From NCBI GenBank assembly GCA_048886185.1, contig JBHLKY010000007.1:195383-227382 (forward strand): a stretch of DNA of 32,000 bases, written 5' to 3'. Source of the stretch: Candidatus Hermodarchaeota archaeon. GTDB lineage: Archaea; Asgardarchaeota; Heimdallarchaeia; Hodarchaeales; Hodarchaeaceae. The position numbers were made by a program, and so were the translations under genes. Positions 19,070 to 28,577 of the stretch are shown here, one piece after another; positions within the stretch are counted from its first letter, which is position 1; each line of letters opens with the position of its first letter. Under the pieces are notes generated by a model. It saw nothing but the letters and a program-made list of their open reading frames with translations. It had not been told where the DNA came from and searched no databases.

Positions 19070-21061
19070 GTGGATGGGATTGAAATGAAGCAAAAAAAAA
19101 TAATGTCACACTTATTTATAATCCTATATCTAGCAATATGCTTTTTACTATATCCAATTAATATTACCCCAATTCAAGCAGCTTATTGTACAGTAACCAT
19201 TGATAGTCTTTATGTTTCACAACTTCCGTCTGGAATCATTTCTCCTAATCAATCAGTGACAATAAATGTCTCAGGTGCCGTTAGTATAGATGGATTGTTT
19301 ATTGGATCAGGTGTTGGAGCAATTTTGATTTATCGTATTAATAATGGATTTGATCGCGATATAGATATGGGTTATGAGTGGGAAATTCAAATTGAACATT
19401 ACAATTATTCATTTTCTGCAGATATTGGACCATTTAATTTAGGTGATACCATAGATTACCGAGTTGGAGTCGGAGTAGGTGCTATAGATATAGCGGGAGA
19501 AGCTGTTGAAGAATTACGTTTAAGTAGTGTTTATAATTTCACAGTTGATGATGTTCCTCCTACAATCACAGATGAAATCCGATTTCCTTCCACTCCTGAC
19601 AACGTAAAACCTGTTACTATAAGAGCTACAGTTATGGATAATCAATCTGGTGTTAATAATGTGATTCTTCATTACTGGGCAAATAATAACTGGAATTCTA
19701 TTGCCATGATTGCATCAGGTAGTAGGTATACTGGTGTTATTCCAACACAAGCTTATAATACTAATGTAGACTATTACATCCAAGCTACAGACAATGTTGG
19801 GATTGTACAAACATGTGATACTTTTAGTTACTCAATCAGTGATGGTTTGGGCCCGAAAATTTCTGCTGTTACTCAAAATCCAGTAAATGCTGATAATAGT
19901 CAACCTACTATCATCAGTGCCACTGTAACGGATGATGAAACTGGAGTTGCTTCTGTTACTCTCTATTATCAACTTAATAATGGTACATGGCAACCAACCT
20001 CGATGAGTGGTTCGGATATCTTCACAGGGACGATCCCTAACCAAACTTACAAAACTCAAGTTCGTTATTATATCGAAGCAATTGATAATAGTAATAATAC
20101 GGGATTATATTTTAATCCTTTATTGAATGGTAATTTTGAATCTGGTTCTTTTACACCTTGGATGGGTGGAGCAAGTGTAACAACTGATAGTTATCATATA
20201 CATAGTGGAGCTTATGGGTTAAGCTGTGACATATATGACAGCTACTCTCTTCAATATTTACCTACCTATATACAACAGGATGTTTTTATCCCAGTTGACC
20301 TGCTTGAGGAATTTACATTTTATATGAAATCAAATGAAAGTCAAGTAAACGTTATTATTACTTATGATGATGACACACGTAACAACATCACCTTTGATTC
20401 AAGCAGTTCTTGGGTTCAACGTGTTTTTTCTCAAGAAAATCTTACATCTGGTAAAGTAATAATTAATGTCAAATTTGAACGACTCGGATCCCCTATTAAT
20501 TCTACAACTGCAATCGATGATATTTTAATTTCTTCGTCATTTATTAACTATGTTGTCAATGATGGTTTATCACCTGTAATCACTGATATTATTCACAATC
20601 CTGATAACCCAGAAGACAATCAAAATGTTACAATTTCTGCAATAGTCACCGATGCTGACAGTAGTGTTGATACAGTTATTTTGTATTACCAAGTTAGTGG
20701 TATAAACACCTGGCAAACTGTTATCATGAGTGAATCTGACAATACCTATACTGGAGTTGTGCCAGGTCAATCATATAATATGGTTGTATATTACTATATT
20801 GAAGCTAATGATATGGCAGGGAATTCCATTCAATCTGGTATTTCTAGTTTCACCGTTGGTGATGACATTGTTCACACAACTGATTCAGAAACTTATACAG
20901 TAGAAACCACCATTACACCTTCAACAGAACCTACAACTATTACTACATCAACAGCGGAAGGAACAACCACAACCACAACGGAAGAGACTCCTGCGTGGAC
21001 TTTCGTCATTGTCTTCTTTTCTTTCCCAATTCTATTCTTCTTCAGAAAGAAGGGAAAATAA
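19070..21061 (+). CDS. cell-surface protein: signal peptide, Ig-like repeats, CBM-like jelly-roll, Thr-rich linker and C-terminal anchor
   Basis: Three ~90-aa repeats (D..P.I......P......V.I.A.V.D..SGV..V.L.Y....W....M......YTG.IP.......V.YYI.A.D). LLNGNFESGSFTPW CBM4/9-type start. TTTTTTEETPAW plus TM plus RKKGK. ATG 19085 is a possible start. Confidence 0.85.
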   Translation: MDGIEMKQKKIMSHLFIILYLAICFLLYPINITPIQAAYCTVTIDSLYVSQLPSGIISPNQSVTINVSGAVSIDGLFIGSGVGAILIYRINNGFDRDIDMGYEWEIQIEHYNYSFSADIGPFNLGDTIDYRVGVGVGAIDIAGEAVEELRLSSVYNFTVDDVPPTITDEIRFPSTPDNVKPVTIRATVMDNQSGVNNVILHYWANNNWNSIAMIASGSRYTGVIPTQAYNTNVDYYIQATDNVGIVQTCDTFSYSISDGLGPKISAVTQNPVNADNSQPTIISATVTDDETGVASVTLYYQLNNGTWQPTSMSGSDIFTGTIPNQTYKTQVRYYIEAIDNSNNTGLYFNPLLNGNFESGSFTPWMGGASVTTDSYHIHSGAYGLSCDIYDSYSLQYLPTYIQQDVFIPVDLLEEFTFYMKSNESQVNVIITYDDDTRNNITFDSSSSWVQRVFSQENLTSGKVIINVKFERLGSPINSTTAIDDILISSSFINYVVNDGLSPVITDIIHNPDNPEDNQNVTISAIVTDADSSVDTVILYYQVSGINTWQTVIMSESDNTYTGVVPGQSYNMVVYYYIEANDMAGNSIQSGISSFTVGDDIVHTTDSETYTVETTITPSTEPTTITTSTAEGTTTTTTEETPAWTFVIVFFSFPILFFFRKKGK

Positions 21062-21237
21062 TAGTGACTTGATGACGGTGTAAACTTTTGAAATTTAAAC
21101 CAGCCTTTTACGACTTTCTGAATTTATAAAACAAGTTTAAGAAATAGTGAATTAATCAACTTTAGTTTACTCACATAATGAGTATAATTTATGGCAGTAA
21201 GCTCGAAGAAGATTTATTATTAATGGATTAATTATAG

Positions 21238-21273
21238 AAAAAAATTGTGAGAAGAGTCCAATTCTCTTTCTCA
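21238..21273 (-). terminator. hairpin plus T-tract downstream of the second ABC-2 operon
   Basis: Minus strand GAGAAAGAG-AATTGGA-CTCTTCTC (one bulge), followed within a few bases by TTTTTTT, about 12 nt after the permease stop. Confidence 0.5.
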
Positions 21274-21285
21274 ATACAATTTTGC

Positions 21286-22035
21286 TTACAAAATAGCTGT
21301 TTTTCGTTGAAATAGGATTACTCCGATGATCACTCCGACAATACCCCAAAGTAGAGTCAATATTAAATTTTGGCCAACAACATCAAAAGAGACGATTCCG
21401 TGTGTCATTACACTCTGCATTGCTTCTACAGCCAGTGAAGTTGGGAGAAAGTCTACAATAGGCTCATCTGAAAAGCTACCTCCCAAAAACTGAAGGGGTA
21501 ATATGATAAACCAGGCTAAACCTGTAGCTGAACTGCTACTCTTCACAAAAGATGCCAATATTAACCCAAATCCAAGTGAGGTAAAAGTAACTAAGAACGG
21601 AATGACGAATAGTAGTGGAATATTCACATCAGGATGAAAATACACTCCAAATAAAGCTGCCATAATAATTAAAATAACTATTTGAATAGCTCCTACCATT
21701 AATTGCGAGAATAACCCTGAAAAAAGAATCGTTAATCTTGAGACTGGCGTTGTCGTTAAACGTTGAAGTGTTCCTAATTCCTTTTCTTCTGCGAAGTGTG
21801 ATGCGAGCTGTGAAATTATTACTATAGGCCCAGTAATTAGAAGGCCTGGTCCCATGATTTTGAGTACCTCGGATCCATAAGCTACTGATAAAAGACATAT
21901 AAATAGCATAGGATATCCAAATAACCAGATTAGCTGCGATTTTTCCCGTATCATTGATTTAAAATTTTTAATCACTAAGTACCATAGTTGACGACGTTCT
22001 TGTGTTATAAAAATTCCTGAATTCATTAATGCCAT
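21286..22035 (-). CDS. ABC-2 exporter permease
   Basis: FAEEKELGTLQRLTTTPVSR..ILFSG ABC-2 motif, about 6 TM helices. TAATG overlap with the ATPase. Confidence 0.92.
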   Translation of the reverse strand: MALMNSGIFITQERRQLWYLVIKNFKSMIREKSQLIWLFGYPMLFICLLSVAYGSEVLKIMGPGLLITGPIVIISQLASHFAEEKELGTLQRLTTTPVSRLTILFSGLFSQLMVGAIQIVILIIMAALFGVYFHPDVNIPLLFVIPFLVTFTSLGFGLILASFVKSSSSATGLAWFIILPLQFLGGSFSDEPIVDFLPTSLAVEAMQSVMTHGIVSFDVVGQNLILTLLWGIVGVIIGVILFQRKTAIL

Positions 22036-22973
22036 TAGTTTCTTAGCCTCCTGCCAGTTATATCAATAAACACATCTTCTAAAGTGTTCTCTCGGACTGA
22101 TATGTCCTTCATCTCGACCTTCACCACATCCATTATTTCTGAGATTCGTCGTAAACCATCGAGAGTATTTAGGATGATCCGTTGTTTTCCAAGCTCTTTT
22201 CCCCAGCGTACAAAGTCTAATGTCCTGGTTCGTTCAATTATCTCTGCTCTAAGTTCTGGATGGCTGACCTTAAATTCGATATTATCACCCTCGCCTAATC
22301 TACCTTTTAATTCACTTGGAGAACCTCTAGTAATGATTTTCCCATAATCAATTATTACCAACTCATCTGAAAGATCATCCGCTTCTTCCATATTGTGAGT
22401 GGTTAGAATTATTGTACTATCATTTGCCTGAAATCCTTTAATAAAATCCCAGACAACTCGTCGTGACTGAGGATCTAATCCCGCAGTAGGTTCATCAAAA
22501 AAGATTAATTCAGGTTCATGAATTACCGCCATCAAAACATTTAATCTCCTTTTCATTCCTCCTGAAAAAGTCTTTGAAAGGTCATTGGCTCGTTCTAATA
22601 AATTCATCCGTCCAAGTAAATCATCAGTTCGCTCTTTATAGTCCTTTCTTGAAAGACCATGCATCTGTGCGATTAAGTGTATGTTTTCTCTTGCTGACAA
22701 ACGTGGGTAAATAACCAATTCTTGTGGACATACTCCTATTTTCCTTTTTAGAGCATATCCATTTTTTTTCAAATCCATCCCTAATACAGTAACTTCTCCG
22801 TCTGTGGGATATAGAATACCTGACAATATTTTGATAATTGTTGACTTTCCTGCTCCATTTGGTCCAAGCACTCCATATAAGGATCCTTTTGGAATTTTTA
22901 AGTCAATACCATCAACTGCTTGTATTTTTCCGAAGTGTTTTTTCAAATCACTTGTTTCAATTGCGTATTCCAA
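22035..22973 (-). CDS. ABC-2 exporter ATP-binding subunit (DrrA-like)
   Basis: GPNGAGKST, FSGGMKRRL, FDEPTAGLDP, TTH and C-terminal LEDVFIDITGRRLR. Confidence 0.95.
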   Translation of the reverse strand: MEYAIETSDLKKHFGKIQAVDGIDLKIPKGSLYGVLGPNGAGKSTIIKILSGILYPTDGEVTVLGMDLKKNGYALKRKIGVCPQELVIYPRLSARENIHLIAQMHGLSRKDYKERTDDLLGRMNLLERANDLSKTFSGGMKRRLNVLMAVIHEPELIFFDEPTAGLDPQSRRVVWDFIKGFQANDSTIILTTHNMEEADDLSDELVIIDYGKIITRGSPSELKGRLGEGDNIEFKVSHPELRAEIIERTRTLDFVRWGKELGKQRIILNTLDGLRRISEIMDVVKVEMKDISVRENTLEDVFIDITGRRLRN

Positions 22974-23142
22974 TTTTTTTTCTTCCTTGAATTTTTTAGT
23001 GATCTTTTGATCTGAATAACACTAGAATTTCCCTCCTTAAAAAATAGGACTAGTTGGTGCTTTTCCAAGCAATTTACAACGCAAATATCTTTGGATTTCA
23101 AACCGCTTTGTAATACAAGCAATATTAAGAGTTTAAAAACTA

Positions 23143-23850
23143 ATGAATCTAAATCTACTTATGAGCGAAATCCCTATCTCCAAGGAGGAAATCAAACAAT
23201 TACTCCTATTTATGAACCGTATCAAGGTATTTGAAAAAATATTCATTATTCAAAAAGATTCCATGACTAGATTAATATGGGGGTTGTTTCTTTTTGGAGC
23301 AGGTTCGCTTAGTTATGTTATTACCGAAATGGTTTATCAAACAGAAAGCTTCGGAATATTAACGATTGTACCCTGGATTTTAGCGATTTTTTCAGGTTTA
23401 ATCATCCAGATATTTTCTGATAGACATATAGTCAACATTTATAGTTGGGAGAAACCTAAAAGAGAGGCTAGTAGTGATACTCTTTTTCTAATTCTCGGAT
23501 TTGTTCTAATGGCTGTATTAATTTCTTTCTATAATATAACTGCATTGCATGTTCTCACGTTTCCATCCGTAGCTTTGATTTCTGGTTTCATGGTGTTAGT
23601 TACGGATCGAAAATATTATGAAACAAACAAAGAGATTCTAAATAATAAACTATTCCTTATAACTCCTGTATTTTGCTTATTAGCAGCAAGTTTAATGATT
23701 TTATTAGTCTTAATAGACGAATCCATTTTTATTTTCCACAGTGTGATCTTTGGGACTGCTTTTGGGGGAAGTTTTTGTATAACAGCTTATTGGAACAGGA
23801 AAAACATTGACAGTTTCCTTGAAAGGGGAGATCTACCTTCCAACAGCTAA
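23143..23850 (+). CDS. polytopic membrane protein, partner of the downstream wHTH regulator
   Basis: About 6 TM segments after a short N-terminal helix. Divergent from the ABC operon. Confidence 0.75.
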   Translation: MNLNLLMSEIPISKEEIKQLLLFMNRIKVFEKIFIIQKDSMTRLIWGLFLFGAGSLSYVITEMVYQTESFGILTIVPWILAIFSGLIIQIFSDRHIVNIYSWEKPKREASSDTLFLILGFVLMAVLISFYNITALHVLTFPSVALISGFMVLVTDRKYYETNKEILNNKLFLITPVFCLLAASLMILLVLIDESIFIFHSVIFGTAFGGSFCITAYWNRKNIDSFLERGDLPSNS

Positions 23851-23889
23851 AACATAAATACATAGGATTGAACATGCGTTCTGATTGCT

Positions 23890-24222
23890 TTGACTCCCGA
23901 GATCCTCGAAAATGATAGTTTTAAGGCAATATTAGAACTTGACAGTGATATTCACAATCCCGCACGTATGTCTGTTTTAATGTATCTTCTTCCAAGAGGA
24001 CGTGCCACCTTTACTTCAATACAAAAATGTCTTAACCTAACTTCAGGAAATTTATCTTCACATATTAAGAAATTACAAAGTAGAGGCTTAGTTGATGTTA
24101 AAAAGACGTTTATTGATTTAAAACCCACTACTGAAGTGTATATTAGTTCTAAGGGGAGAGATTCTATTATTGACTATGCTAAAAGTCTTTCAAATGTTTT
24201 TCAGAGAATGCTTAAAGAATGA
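23890..24222 (+). CDS. winged-helix transcriptional regulator (HTH_34/MarR-ArsR-like)
   Basis: IHNPARMSVLMYL...F..IQKCLNLTSGNLSSHIKKL...G.V...K.F....PTT.V.IS.KGR. Confidence 0.9.
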   Translation: MTPEILENDSFKAILELDSDIHNPARMSVLMYLLPRGRATFTSIQKCLNLTSGNLSSHIKKLQSRGLVDVKKTFIDLKPTTEVYISSKGRDSIIDYAKSLSNVFQRMLKE

Positions 24223-24661
24223 AGATTCTCTGTATTACATGACTCAAACCTCAAAAATTATTGATCTACTTTACCTATTTTCATTATCATGTTCTTCAGA
24301 TTCTACTAATATTTTCTTATTATTTATCAATCCAGCCTTTTACGACAATTATCAATAGAGTTTTAACAAATATACAGAAAATCACCATTTGTCATAATAA
24401 TACTTTTTGAAAATTACCCCATTTTTTCTTTACCCGTCCTTAGTGGCGTCTATTAGCGTTTTCCTGATTCTAATGAGAGAAAATGTTAAACGGGGAAAAT
24501 GAAAAAAAACCTAATTTTCTTGAAGAAGCCATTAGATTCAAGATTGACTAGTTGCTCAATGTAAATCAGGGGAAGGAGGGGGGAAATTGATTGAAGTTGT
24601 ATAACTCCTGTTAAACGACATGGATCATATATAAATATTTGATAAAGATTCAGAATCAGAC

Positions 24662-24693
24662 ATCGTTGGTATTACACACGAACCTCCGTATGT
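24662..24693 (+). repeat. 32-bp direct repeat, copy 1 (attL-like candidate)
   Basis: ATCGTTGGTATTACACACGAACCTCCGTATGT, 31/32 identical to 31237-31268. Confidence 0.9.
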
Positions 24694-24816
24694 CCACATA
24701 ATTTTAAATTTGAATCACATTTCTGAAGTTAAGAATTCTGTGGGTGTTTGAATCCCATATCTTTTTAAAAGTGAGCGGAAAATTTTTATCAAAGATAATC
24801 AATGTAGGTATGTATT

Positions 24817-25389
24817 ATGAAATCATCAATTCGGGATATATCTGATGAAGCGCCAATAATCTTAAAACCCAAATTCCTAACATCAGTTGTATTTTTAAAG
24901 GCAATACCTGGAGCTGTCTTTCTGGCTATTTTTGGGGGGATAACTGTGATGATGTTGTCCCCTATGGTGACTGGTATTATCACCGTCGGTGATGATGCCG
25001 ATATTAACACGGCAGTGATGATGTTTGCTGTGGGTGCGTTAACCTTTTTTATATTACCTCTGATTCTAGTCATTTGGTATAAAAAAACAGCACTTAGTCA
25101 TATCGAGTACCGTATTTTTCCTAATCGTATTGAGTATTTTGAGGGGTTCTTTACCGTGGAACAAAAAACCATCAAATTTATCGATGTTATTGAGATCTAT
25201 TTACGAAAAGGGATGCTGCAAAAACGAAATAACTTAGGGTCAATTTTTTTAATGTCAAAGGGCATGATGGTTCCTATGCTTGGGATGATGAAAGGAGGGA
25301 TGCCAGGAGCAATGATTCTCCGTGATATTGAAGATCCCGATGCGATTTATCAACAGCTCAAACAACTCAAGGATACAGAACAAGCTTAA
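24817..25389 (+). CDS. bPH_2 (YdbS-like) membrane protein, fourth and more distant copy
   Basis: Two TM helices, then IEYRIFPNRIEYFEGFFTVEQKTIKFIDVIEIYLRKGMLQK...LGSI and LRDIEDPD.IY. Confidence 0.85.
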   Translation: MKSSIRDISDEAPIILKPKFLTSVVFLKAIPGAVFLAIFGGITVMMLSPMVTGIITVGDDADINTAVMMFAVGALTFFILPLILVIWYKKTALSHIEYRIFPNRIEYFEGFFTVEQKTIKFIDVIEIYLRKGMLQKRNNLGSIFLMSKGMMVPMLGMMKGGMPGAMILRDIEDPDAIYQQLKQLKDTEQA

Positions 25390-25935
25390 CGCCGTGATTT
25401 GTAGAGTGATATTTTCATCCATTAATGAATTCGTCTCTACTCATCCTTTATGAATTTTAGAATAATTAATCTCATCACATTCGTATTTTAAACAATTTAA
25501 AGGATTGTCCCGAGTTTAAATGTTGTCATCTTCAAATAGAAAAAGAAATCTAGTTAGAATTGATGACAATGCTATTAGATTCACGTAGATATCTTAAAAG
25601 AAAGGTTTTACAATTTGATTTAAAGTGTCAATTTCGGCAAAAGATCGCACTTCCCTGTAAATATCAATTGTTGGATCTTGTTACGTATGAAAATCGCGTG
25701 CTTTTGAATGTATTAGTTGAAAAATTGAAATGGGGACGTCTAATGTTGGTATTTTTCTGTTACTGACAGATGAATTAATGTTTGCATATCAAGATGAATC
25801 AGATGTGCATTATACATTCTACATTTTTTACTTTCTTGAAAACAATAGTGATAAGTGATTTGGGAGTTAAATTTAATTAGTTATTATATTATAATACTCT
25901 ATATTTGTAAAACACTAGATAGGAGGTTTTTGGTT

Positions 25936-25977
25936 CAATTGTTTTATCCAATTGTTTTATCCAATTGTTTTATCCAA
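25936..25977 (+). repeat. perfect 13-bp tandem repeat x3.2 (CAATTGTTTTATC)
   Basis: Units at 25936, 25949 and 25962 plus CAA. Each contains the palindrome CAATTG. Confidence 0.95.
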
Positions 25978-26038
25978 CTTGGTTATACGTAGAAAGTTTG
26001 CCCAATCGGTTAAGGAGGCGTTTTCTATGAATTCAGTT

Positions 26039-26067
26039 ACTTACTTAACGATAAGTAAGTTTATAAA
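26039..26067 (+). promoter_or_regulatory. perfect 9-4-9 palindrome (probable TetR operator) abutting a TATA box
   Basis: ACTTACTTA-ACGA-TAAGTAAGT (26039-26060), then TTTATAAA (26060-26067), about 33 nt upstream of the TetR ATG. Confidence 0.75.
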
Positions 26068-26099
26068 TATCTCTACTATTATAATAAATGGACTAGCTT

Positions 26100-26729
26100 A
26101 TGAAGACCACGCGCGAAAAGATTGTCGAAGAAGCATTAAAAGGTTTCTTAACGGAAGGATACGAGAGGACATCATTGAGAACGGTATCTGAATCCGTTGA
26201 AATCTCAAAACCTGCCATTTATCATTATTTCCGCGACAAGAAGAAACTTTTATTCACGGTACAGGAATTCTTGTTGAAAATTTTCGACCAGCAGTATGAA
26301 CAGCTGTTTCAACAGGAAATATCGCTTGAAGAAATATTGGAGTATTTCTTTACATCCGTGAAAAATGTTCAGCTAATGTTTCAGGAATTAACAGGATTCA
26401 AGATTCAAGATAGGTTCAATTACCATCGGTTTTTCTTCGATTGTGTCGATAAGGGTGGTGCTCCGCTTATTGAAAAATCCTATCGAGAACAGGAACGTCT
26501 ACTCGCGGAAAAAATTAAAGATGCGCAGGAACTAAAACAGGTTTCAAAGGAGTTAGATGCAGAATCCCTTGCATTTACTATCATTGCACTACTTGAAGGC
26601 ACGTATCTCTTGTCTCTTTACCTCCCTTCACTGGATATTGATATAATGGCTCAAAAAATGCTCGTGAACGCGAAAAGGATGATCTTCATAAGAGATCAGG
26701 AGTATTCCAAGAAATTAAACGCACGGTAA
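26100..26729 (+). CDS. TetR/AcrR family transcriptional regulator
   Basis: TREKIVEEALKGFLTEGYERTSLRTVSESVEISKPAIYHYFRDKKKL HTH and C-terminal ligand-binding helices. Confidence 0.95.
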   Translation: MKTTREKIVEEALKGFLTEGYERTSLRTVSESVEISKPAIYHYFRDKKKLLFTVQEFLLKIFDQQYEQLFQQEISLEEILEYFFTSVKNVQLMFQELTGFKIQDRFNYHRFFFDCVDKGGAPLIEKSYREQERLLAEKIKDAQELKQVSKELDAESLAFTIIALLEGTYLLSLYLPSLDIDIMAQKMLVNAKRMIFIRDQEYSKKLNAR

Positions 26730-26764
26730 TCAATTGAATACAACCTGGATATGGTGATTCAGAA

Positions 26765-27664
26765 ATGATTGACAGCACTAAAGAACCAGAATTTCTAAAA
26801 TTGAAAGATGGTAGAAATCTTGCATATAACATTTACGGGAATCCTCAAGGATCCCCCGTTTTCTATTTCCACGGGTGCCCCGGGTCTAGGTTAGAAGGAC
26901 TTCACATGGATGAACCTGGAAAAAAGTACAGGTTTATGATCATTGCACCTGACAGACCCGGAATGGGAAGATCTGACTACCAGAAAAAACGAAAATGGCT
27001 TGACTGGCCAGAAGATGTTCTCCAGCTAGCCACTCATCTCGGATTTGAAAGGTTCAGTATTATGGGTGCGTCAGGTGGCGGACCACCAGTTCTAACTTGT
27101 GCTTTCCAGATACCAGAAAGAATAGATATCGCTATTGATATGTGTGGTTGGGCACCCAACATAGGAGGTAAACTGTACAAGCATCTCGCTCCTATGGACA
27201 GGTTTTTTAGCCGATTAACACCGGTACCGCTAATTTTCCGCTTTTTTTTCAGTATGATGGGTTTTACTGTTAAACACCGGTCGGGAAAAAAGCTAATGAA
27301 GACTTTTGAGAGTTCAATGTGTGATGCGGACAAAAAAATGATGGAAGACGAAGAGGCAGCAGTTTTTTTCGCGAATGATGTGAAAGAATCATTCAGACAA
27401 GGATCAAAGGGCCCAACACTCGACGCACTGATCCAGTACCGCAAATGGGATTTCGAACCAGCTGATATTTCCATACCTGTTCATTTCTACCACGGAACAG
27501 AAGACAGGTTCGTTCCTCACATTTTTTCGGAAACCCTGCAAGGAATCATCCCGAATTCAACGCTGAAATCTTATCCAGGAGAAGGACATTACTCACTTAT
27601 CAACAAGGGGGAAGATGTTTTCAGAGATATGAGGTCAAAGCTAGATCAAAGTGTTAATCGCTAA
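26765..27664 (+). CDS. alpha/beta-fold hydrolase
   Basis: FHGCPGSR oxyanion loop, PDRPGMGRS, nucleophile GASGGG, HGTEDRFVP (acid) and GEGHYS (His). Confidence 0.95.
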   Translation: MIDSTKEPEFLKLKDGRNLAYNIYGNPQGSPVFYFHGCPGSRLEGLHMDEPGKKYRFMIIAPDRPGMGRSDYQKKRKWLDWPEDVLQLATHLGFERFSIMGASGGGPPVLTCAFQIPERIDIAIDMCGWAPNIGGKLYKHLAPMDRFFSRLTPVPLIFRFFFSMMGFTVKHRSGKKLMKTFESSMCDADKKMMEDEEAAVFFANDVKESFRQGSKGPTLDALIQYRKWDFEPADISIPVHFYHGTEDRFVPHIFSETLQGIIPNSTLKSYPGEGHYSLINKGEDVFRDMRSKLDQSVNR

Positions 27665-27718
27665 CAATTCCTGCTGAAACCTCTCTAGAGAAATTCTTTC
27701 TGTACCTCGAGGAAAACA

Positions 27719-27946
27719 ATGCCTATTCGGTGGGCTTTTTTCTTGACTGCTTTTAAAATCTTGCTGGAGCTTTCAACACGGATCGAGAGAGAAAGTGATG
27801 CAATCATTCTTACCCTGAATGGACAGCAAGATGCATCAGGAAACGATTTCATGGCATCCGTGAAAGAACTTGAAGACCTCGTTGGTTCCCGTCTCGTGAT
27901 TGAAAAGAGAGATGCTAGAAGGGTTAAACTATCGCCCTTAGAGTGA
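27719..27946 (+). CDS. short hypothetical ORF, possibly a fragment with weak LysR-HTH-like tail
   Basis: 75-aa ORF continuing the TetR/hydrolase strand. VKELEDLVGSRL...RRVKLSP loosely resembles the LysR wing, but the preceding recognition helices are not evident. Confidence 0.3.
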   Translation: MPIRWAFFLTAFKILLELSTRIERESDAIILTLNGQQDASGNDFMASVKELEDLVGSRLVIEKRDARRVKLSPLE

Positions 27947-28145
27947 TTTTCAAGGTTTGTTCCCTTTTTCTATGTTTATACTCTCGTAAACTCCCTTCCT
28001 GAAATTTCCGCATCACGAGAAATGAACAGATGGTTTTCTCTGATTACTGAAGAAACTACAGTTGATGACCCGTGATTCTATTGCTTGTACATCCGTTTTC
28101 ACTTTCCCTTTTTTGTTGTTTTTTTTTGGTAGTTATGATTATGAT

Positions 28146-28228
28146 GGAATGGATGCCCCTACACACCCATTCCTTGGGAAAGTGATTTCACGAACAGTAG
28201 GGGTGGGCTAAAAACTGTTCGTTCTCAC
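28146..28228. other. two adjacent GC-rich hairpins with complementary loops
   Basis: GGAATGG(28146-52)/CCATTCC(28167-73) and ACGAACAGT(28190-98)/ACTGTTCGT(28214-22). Loop 1 GCCCCT can pair with loop 2 AGGGGT. Confidence 0.6.
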
Positions 28229-28229
28229 T

Positions 28230-28577
28230 TTATGTTTGGTTTTTTATGGGTTTGCAATTCCGTTCGATGTTTTTCTTCCATGTTTCATAGTCTAAGTCTG
28301 ATTCGATTAAAGTTCTTACTGTGTTTTCGTCCATTGACATGATAATCGATGATTTAGATATGTCAATTTCGAATAATTTTTCATTTTCTTTTGTTGAAGG
28401 GATAACAACATATTGTTTATTTCCTTTTACTAGACATAACATGGCTATTCCATCTTTAGGGCCGATTGTGATAGCAGAAAAATCAATTCCGTTTACTCTC
28501 ATAGAATATTTTCTATTTTCTTTTTTGGCCAATGCAACGTCTCTGTCTATTTTTACAAATGAATTCATTTTATTCAC
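28230..28577 (-). CDS. hypothetical protein (115 aa)
   Basis: Clean ORF, 4-bp ATGA overlap with the upstream Zn-ribbon gene. No recognised motif. Confidence 0.65.
   Translation of the reverse strand: MNKMNSFVKIDRDVALAKKENRKYSMRVNGIDFSAITIGPKDGIAMLCLVKGNKQYVVIPSTKENEKLFEIDISKSSIIMSMDENTVRTLIESDLDYETWKKNIERNCKPIKNQT

Noticed and set aside
25500-25860. Possible decayed gene including ORF 25560..25766
   Set aside because: Fragments look protein-like in shifting frames, but no family could be recognised, so it is not supportable without a search.
28012-28076. Three-way junction with GAAA and TTGATGA resembling a hammerhead ribozyme
   Set aside because: The core reads UUGAUGA rather than CUGAUGA (no C3-G8 pair), and stem III geometry is not satisfied. 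The stems are only 4-6 bp.
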